A DNA stretch of 30,428 bases from Candidatus Eiseniibacteriota bacterium (lineage in GTDB: Bacteria > Eisenbacteria > RBG-16-71-46 > DASYSL01), in assembly GCA_046598045.1 (NCBI GenBank), contig JBKJJJ010000034.1:1-30428 (forward strand). Direction: 5' to 3'. Below the pieces are notes generated by a model, which searched no databases, was not told where the DNA came from, and saw only the letters and a program-made list of their open reading frames with translations. Made by a program: the position numbers and the translations under genes. Below are positions 25,677 through 30,428 of the stretch, piece after piece (positions within the stretch are counted from its first letter, which is position 1; every line of letters begins with the position of its first letter).

Positions 25677-27785
25677 TTGTACCCACCGCTGCGCCACATC
25701 CAGTGGCCGCGCGTCCAGTGGTCCGACCTCAAGTCGAAGGCCGTGCGGTTCGGCCTCCTGCTGGCGGCGGTCGCCTTCGCGTTTGCGCTCGCGGCGCCGC
25801 ACATCGGGCTGTTCCAGAAGCTCGAGCTGACGACCGAGGACATTCGCCTGCGCCTGCGCGGCCAGCGCCCGATCCACCCCGCGATCCTGACGGTCGAGAT
25901 CGACGAACACTCGCTGCGGCACAACCTCAACATGTGGCCGTTCGCCCGCGATTTCTATGCGCTGCTGTTCAACGGCCTGCGCAACGCGGGCGCGCGCGTG
26001 ATCGGCGTCGACCTCCTGTTCATCGGCCCCGACATCAATGCGCCCGCGGACGGCGGCCCGATCACGAACGACCAGCTGCTCGCGGCGGTGATCGCGCGCG
26101 ATCCGCGGATCATCAACGGGTTCTACTTTCCGCTCGAGGAGAGCGACGGCAAGAACCTCGCGCCGCCCGAGAGCGTCACGGTCGACGCCCGGCGCCGCAT
26201 CTGGCAGCGCTTCACCATGCCGCTGCCGGACGGCTTTCACCTGCTGCGCGCGACCGACGTACCGTTCGACATGGAGGAGGAGATCGCCGAGTCCACCCAT
26301 GCCGTCGGCCACGTCGCGCTGTCGCAGGATGTCGACGCCACGATCCGCGCGCTGCCGCTGCTGATCGAGCAGAAGGGTCGCGCGTTTCCATCGCTGTCTC
26401 TGCTCATGGTCGCGCGCTACCTCGGCGCGGACTGGCGCGACATCCGGCTTGCCCACGGCCACGCTTTCCTGCCGTACCCCGGGGGCGAGCTCGCGATGCC
26501 GATCGGCCGCCACGCCGAGATCCTGATCAACTACCCCGGGCCCGACAAGGTGTTCGAGGCCTCCGCGGTCGCGTACGACACCCTGATGACCGAGATCGCG
26601 GCCCGCGATTCGCTCGAGGCGATCGGCAAGCCGGCGCCCCGCGGGCTGCTCGACCGCGTCGACGGCAAGGTCGTGCTGGTGTGCAACACCGCGACCACGA
26701 CCGCGATCGCCGACTTCGGCCAGACGCCGTTCGCGCAAACCTTCCCGCTGGCGTACGCCCACGTCTCCGTGGTCAACAGCATGCTGCGCGGAGACTTTCT
26801 CTCCAAGCTGCCGCGCGCCTGGCAGGCCGCGGTGTGGGCGCTGCTGGCGATCAGTCTCGCGGTGGTGCTCGCCGCGCTGACGCCGATCGCGCTCGCGCTG
26901 ACCGTGCTCGGCACGATCGTGGCGCTGCTCGTCGTGGCGTGGGCCATGATCGCGTTCGGCGGGTCCATGATCGAGGTCGTCCCGCCCGTGCTCATGGTGG
27001 GCGTGATCTCGCTCGGGCACCTGCTGCGCGGCTACATCATCCGCGACCGCCAGCGGCGCGACCAGGAGCAGGAGCTTGCGGTCGCGCGGCGCATTCAGCA
27101 GGACCTCCTGCCGCGCGGAGTGCTGGCCGCCCCGGGCCTCGAGGTGGTGGGTGCGAACCGCCCCTGCTTCGAGGTTGGCGGCGACTACTTCGACTACTTC
27201 CAGCTCGCCGACGGGCGGATCGCGCTCGCGATCGCCGACGTCGCGGGCAAGGGTGTGCCGGCTGCGCTCCTGATGTCGAACCTGCAGGCGATCCTGCGCG
27301 CGGAGTGCGCGCGCGGCACCGCGGTCCCGCAGGTGCCGACACAGGCGAACCGGCAGCTCATGGAGTCGCTCGCGGGGAACAGCAAGTTCGTCACGTTCTT
27401 CTACGGCGCGCTCGACCCCGTCGCCCGGCGCCTCCACTACTCGAACGCGGGCCACAACCCGCCGCTCGTGGTCCGCGCTGACGGCCGCATCGAGGAGCTG
27501 CACATCGGCGGGCTGATCCTCGGCGTGTTCCCGCTCGCCGAGTACGAGGAAGGCACGGTCGACCTCGCTGCGGGCGACCTGCTCGTGCTGTTCACCGACG
27601 GCGTCACCGAGGCCGAGTCGCGCCACGGGCTGTACAGCGACGAACGGCTCCAGGAGCTGCTACTCAAGGAGCGAGGGAAGAGCGCGAAGGACATCGCGCA
27701 GGCGATCCTGTCCGACGTGGACCTGTTCAGCCACGGTCGACACCAGACGGACGACGTCACGGTGCTGGTGGTCAAGGCAAGCTAG
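25677..27785 (+). CDS. CHASE2-domain membrane sensor with SpoIIE/RsbU-type PP2C phosphatase
   Basis: TM, then CHASE2 motifs (VEIDE..., WPFAR, GARVIGVDLLF, ILINY, GKVVLV), three TMs, then ARRIQQDLLP, VGGDYFD, DVAGKG, NAGHNPP, FTDGVTE and DDVT. Confidence 0.93.
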   Translation: MYPPLRHIQWPRVQWSDLKSKAVRFGLLLAAVAFAFALAAPHIGLFQKLELTTEDIRLRLRGQRPIHPAILTVEIDEHSLRHNLNMWPFARDFYALLFNGLRNAGARVIGVDLLFIGPDINAPADGGPITNDQLLAAVIARDPRIINGFYFPLEESDGKNLAPPESVTVDARRRIWQRFTMPLPDGFHLLRATDVPFDMEEEIAESTHAVGHVALSQDVDATIRALPLLIEQKGRAFPSLSLLMVARYLGADWRDIRLAHGHAFLPYPGGELAMPIGRHAEILINYPGPDKVFEASAVAYDTLMTEIAARDSLEAIGKPAPRGLLDRVDGKVVLVCNTATTTAIADFGQTPFAQTFPLAYAHVSVVNSMLRGDFLSKLPRAWQAAVWALLAISLAVVLAALTPIALALTVLGTIVALLVVAWAMIAFGGSMIEVVPPVLMVGVISLGHLLRGYIIRDRQRRDQEQELAVARRIQQDLLPRGVLAAPGLEVVGANRPCFEVGGDYFDYFQLADGRIALAIADVAGKGVPAALLMSNLQAILRAECARGTAVPQVPTQANRQLMESLAGNSKFVTFFYGALDPVARRLHYSNAGHNPPLVVRADGRIEELHIGGLILGVFPLAEYEEGTVDLAAGDLLVLFTDGVTEAESRHGLYSDERLQELLLKERGKSAKDIAQAILSDVDLFSHGRHQTDDVTVLVVKAS

Positions 27786-27790
27786 ACGGC

Positions 27791-27822
27791 AAGAAAAACC
27801 CCCGCGGCCCGAGGGCCGCAGG
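27791..27822 (-). terminator. Intrinsic terminator for the minus-strand TPR gene (possibly bidirectional)
   Basis: Minus strand reads CCTGCGGCC-CTCG-GGCCGCGGG followed by GGTTTTTCTT; lies between convergent genes. Confidence 0.8.
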
Positions 27823-27831
27823 CCCAGGGCA

Positions 27832-28173
27832 TCATTCCCCCCCGCGCGCCATGCGCTTGAGGAACGCGGCCATCTCCTTGCCGGCCTGCAGGTCATGCGT
27901 GCGCTCGGCGACCTCGATGCCTCGCAGGTACGCGTCCCCGGCTTCGCCCGCGCGGCCCGCCTGCTCGAGCGCGTTGCCGAGCTGGCGGTAGGCGGCGGCG
28001 TAGTCGGGATTCGCGGAGATCGCCGCGGCGAACGCGAGGGCCGCCTCGGCGGCGCGCGCCGCGGTCAGGAGTTCGCGGCCGAGCAGGAAGTGGGCGGTCG
28101 CGTCCGCCGGATCGGCGTCGACGAGCGTGCGCAGGAGCTTGATGCGCTGTTCGGAGTCGGGGGCGTCGGACAA
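27832..28173 (-). CDS. Small cytoplasmic TPR protein
   Basis: TTG at 28173 after GGGAG; RIKLLR...DPADATAHFLLGREL...NPDYAAAYRQLG...GIEVA...DLQAGKEM pattern. Confidence 0.82.
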   Translation of the reverse strand: MSDAPDSEQRIKLLRTLVDADPADATAHFLLGRELLTAARAAEAALAFAAAISANPDYAAAYRQLGNALEQAGRAGEAGDAYLRGIEVAERTHDLQAGKEMAAFLKRMARGGE

Positions 28174-28289
28174 TTCGGAACTCCCGGGTCGAGGGAACCC
28201 CGGGAGTGTCGCCGAAGGTTCGGCGGGCGCATAGCTTCGGTTGTGCGCTGAAGATTGAGTATGGCACTGGGCTTGCGTAGTCCCTCGGC

Positions 28290-29390
28290 ATGCCCAACGC
28301 GCCTGCTTCTCCGGCGCCCCCGTTCTGTCCACGTCCGAGCTGCCGTTTCCATCGTGGTGACACGAAGTTATGGCGCTACGTCAAGATCGGGCTCTACGCC
28401 CGCAAGGCCCCGCCCCACGTCGTCCAGCGTTACCGTTGCGACACCTGCCGTCGACAGTTCGGCGATCAGACCTTCCGGGCGACCTACTGGATGAAGCGTC
28501 CGGAGCTGCTCGAGCCGGTGTTCTACCGGATCACCGCCTGCTCCGGCTTCCGCCAGATCGCCCGTGAGACCAAGGCCTCCCCCTCGACGATCGCGCGCAC
28601 CAGCGGGCGCCTGGGACGGCATGCGCTGCTCTTTCATGAGCTGCGCCGGCCCAGGGGGCCGATCCGCGAGCCCCTGACGCTCGACGGCTTCGAGAGCTTC
28701 GAGTACAGCCAGTACTACCCGACCAGCTACCACGTTGCCGTCGGGCAGAAGAGCCACTTCTTCTACGGCTTCACCGACAGCGAATGCCGACGCCGAGGCA
28801 ACATGACCAAGGCGCAGAAGAAGCGTCGGATCGAGCTCGAGCAGCGGCTGGGAAAGCCGGATCCCAGGTCGATCGAGAAGGAGGTCGCCGAACTCCTGGC
28901 GATGCTCTCGCCGGAAGCCCAGGCGCTCGAACTGCACACCGATGAACACCAGAGCTATCCCCGTGCCGTGCGCAGGGTTCCGCACCTGAACGTGACTCAC
29001 ATGACGATCTCCTCGCGCGCCGCCCGGACCGCGATGAACCCATTGTTTTCGATCAACTTGCTCGACCTGTTGATCCGCCACAACGGGTCAAACCACAAGC
29101 GCGAGACCATCGCGTTCTCGAAGCGCCGGGCGAGCGCGGCGTACCGACTCGCTGTCTTCGCGGTGTGGCGCAACTGGGTACAGCCGGTGTCGGAACGCAG
29201 AGGCGGACCCACGCCGGCCATGAACCTGGGGCTGGTGGAGCGGCGCTTGGACGTGCCCGAGATCCTGGACCGGAGGCTGTTTCCCTCACAGGTTCGACTT
29301 CCGGAGAGATGGCGGCTCTACTACGAAAAGAGGCTCGCAACGAGGGCGCTACCCAAGAATTCGATTCACCGACTCAAGTACGCCGCCTGA
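28290..29390 (+). CDS. IS1-like transposase (Zn ribbon, HTH and RNase H-like core) in a single frame
   Basis: CPRPSC...RYRCDTCRRQF, FRQIARETKASPSTIAR, LDGFE, HTDEHQSY, RETIAFSK and TPAM motifs; codon usage visibly less GC-biased than flanking genes. Confidence 0.85.
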   Translation: MPNAPASPAPPFCPRPSCRFHRGDTKLWRYVKIGLYARKAPPHVVQRYRCDTCRRQFGDQTFRATYWMKRPELLEPVFYRITACSGFRQIARETKASPSTIARTSGRLGRHALLFHELRRPRGPIREPLTLDGFESFEYSQYYPTSYHVAVGQKSHFFYGFTDSECRRRGNMTKAQKKRRIELEQRLGKPDPRSIEKEVAELLAMLSPEAQALELHTDEHQSYPRAVRRVPHLNVTHMTISSRAARTAMNPLFSINLLDLLIRHNGSNHKRETIAFSKRRASAAYRLAVFAVWRNWVQPVSERRGGPTPAMNLGLVERRLDVPEILDRRLFPSQVRLPERWRLYYEKRLATRALPKNSIHRLKYAA

Positions 29391-29428
29391 AAAATCGAGA
29401 GGGCGCCCTCCGGGGGGAAGGCGCCCTC
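29390..29428 (-). terminator. Terminator-like hairpin inside the IS right end, oriented against rplQ read-through
   Basis: Minus strand reads GAGGGCGCCTTCC-CCCC-GGAGGGCGCCCTC followed by TCGATTTTT. Confidence 0.7.
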
Positions 29429-29458
29429 AAGTTCATACCCAATCTTCAGCGCACAACC

Positions 29459-30085
29459 CTAGCCATCCCCGCCGCGCTTCGTGCGGCCGGGCTTCGACGG
29501 CGCCTTGGCGGCGCCTCCGGCGGCCTTCTTGCCCTTGCCGGCGCCCTTGCCACCGGCTCCTCCGGCGGCGACCTTCGCGCGACCCTTCCCCTTCTTCGGG
29601 GCGTCCTCGCCTTCGGTCTCTTCCTCGGCATCGGCCTTCTTCTTCTTGGTCGACGCCTCGCCCGCCTTCGCGAGTTCCTTCGCCTCGGCGGCCTCGATGC
29701 GGCGCTTCTTGTCGTCCGCCTTCTGCTCGACCGACTTCACGAGTTCGAAGATCGCCATCTCGCCCGCGTCGCCCAGGCGTCGGCCGATGCGGATGATGCG
29801 CGTGTAGCCGCCCTGGCGGTCCTTGTACCACGGAGCGATGGTGTCGAACAGCTTGCGGGTCGCGGCCGGATCGAACACGTACGAATCGACGTGCCGGCGG
29901 GCCGAGATGTCACCCCGCTTGGCGAACGTGATCATGCGCTCGGCGACGCGGCGCGCTTCCTTGGCCTTGGCGACGGTGGTCTCGATCCTCTCGTGGAGGA
30001 ACAGCGACGTCACCATGTTGCGGAGCAGCGCGCGGCGATGTTCGTGCGTGCGCGAGAGCTTTCTGAAAGATACGCGATGGCGCAT
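29459..30085 (-). CDS. rplQ: 50S ribosomal protein L17 with long charged C-terminal extension
   Basis: MRHR...HRRALLRNMVTSLFLHERIETTVAKAKE...GGYTRIIRIGRRLGDAGEMAIFELV; located directly downstream of rpoA. Confidence 0.98.
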   Translation of the reverse strand: MRHRVSFRKLSRTHEHRRALLRNMVTSLFLHERIETTVAKAKEARRVAERMITFAKRGDISARRHVDSYVFDPAATRKLFDTIAPWYKDRQGGYTRIIRIGRRLGDAGEMAIFELVKSVEQKADDKKRRIEAAEAKELAKAGEASTKKKKADAEEETEGEDAPKKGKGRAKVAAGGAGGKGAGKGKKAAGGAAKAPSKPGRTKRGGDG

Positions 30086-30094
30086 GGCGGTTCC

Positions 30095-30428
30095 TTAAGA
30101 CGTGAGATCGTCCGACTCGGACGCCGTCATGGTGTTGGAGGTGGCTTCGACCGGAACTTCGGCCGCCGGGCGCGGGGGCCGGCCCGAATAGTACGCCGAG
30201 ACGTCCATGCCGAGCCCCAGACCCATGTCCGTGAGCACGTCCTGGATTTCCTTCAGCGACTTGCGTCCGAAGTTGCGGTACTTGAGCATCTCGGGCTCGG
30301 ACTTCACGACGAGGTCGCCGATGGTCTTGATGTCGGCCTGGCGGAGGCAGTTCGACGAGCGCACCGACAGTTCGAGCTCCTCGACGGAGCGCTCGAGCTT
30401 GTCGCGCATCTTCATCTTCTCCTCGTCG
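30095..30428 (-). CDS. rpoA: RNA polymerase alpha subunit, C-terminal domain (5'-truncated by window)
   Basis: [15 protein letters not shown]...IGDLV...[15 protein letters not shown] alpha-CTD signature. Confidence 0.98.
   Translation of the reverse strand, partial: DEEKMKMRDKLERSVEELELSVRSSNCLRQADIKTIGDLVVKSEPEMLKYRNFGRKSLKEIQDVLTDMGLGLGMDVSAYYSGRPPRPAAEVPVEATSNTMTASESDDLTS

Larger units (their letters stand above)
28239..29458 (+). mobile_element. IS1-like insertion sequence, 1220 bp
   Basis: Terminal inverted repeats GGTTGTGCGCTGAAGATTG(A/G)GTATG at 28239-28263 and 29434-29458 (24/25 match) enclose one transposase ORF. Confidence 0.88.

Noticed and set aside
24528..27626. 1032-aa minus-strand ORF and overlapping 857-aa plus-strand alternative frame
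   Set aside because: Both overlap well-supported TPR and CHASE2-PP2C genes, and their composition is typical of off-frame GC-rich translation.
1..30428. CRISPR arrays, tRNA/rRNA, prophage or defence genes
   Set aside because: No regularly spaced repeats, cloverleaf or rRNA signatures, or recognisable phage/defence motifs were seen.

Overview
GC-rich bacterial chromosomal segment. Two proteins end in FlgD/T9SS-like sorting domains and there is a PorV-like barrel, which suggests an FCB-superphylum lineage (inference only). The window runs from the 3' end of groEL to the 3' end of the rpoA-rplQ operon. The first 15 kb holds housekeeping, repair and envelope genes: a HIT protein, a large secreted repeat/lamin-tail protein, PduO-type adenosyltransferase, class II aldolase, msrA, a methyltransferase, an OM beta-barrel, xth, pcm, a lipoprotein, an HMA protein, an M61-like peptidase and an MBL hydrolase. 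Next come a Cys-rich secreted protein, a histidine kinase and an OmpR-family regulator, preceded by an 11-bp-periodic TGACA box array. A candidate sigma54-driven small RNA follows. The most interesting locus is a four-gene cluster at 19079-27785 that looks like an undescribed trans-envelope signalling system. It encodes (1) a secreted beta-propeller protein with a sorting CTD, (2) a PorV-like barrel fused to a transglutaminase-like domain and TPRs, (3) a free secreted paralogue of that TPR module with the same 'GARASD...YWK' tail, and (4) a CHASE2-PP2C phosphatase. An IS1-like element with 25-bp inverted repeats, an atypical catalytic motif and no target duplication abuts the rplQ stop codon. 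No CRISPR, rRNA or tRNA was seen. All calls come from reading motifs by eye; no searches were run.
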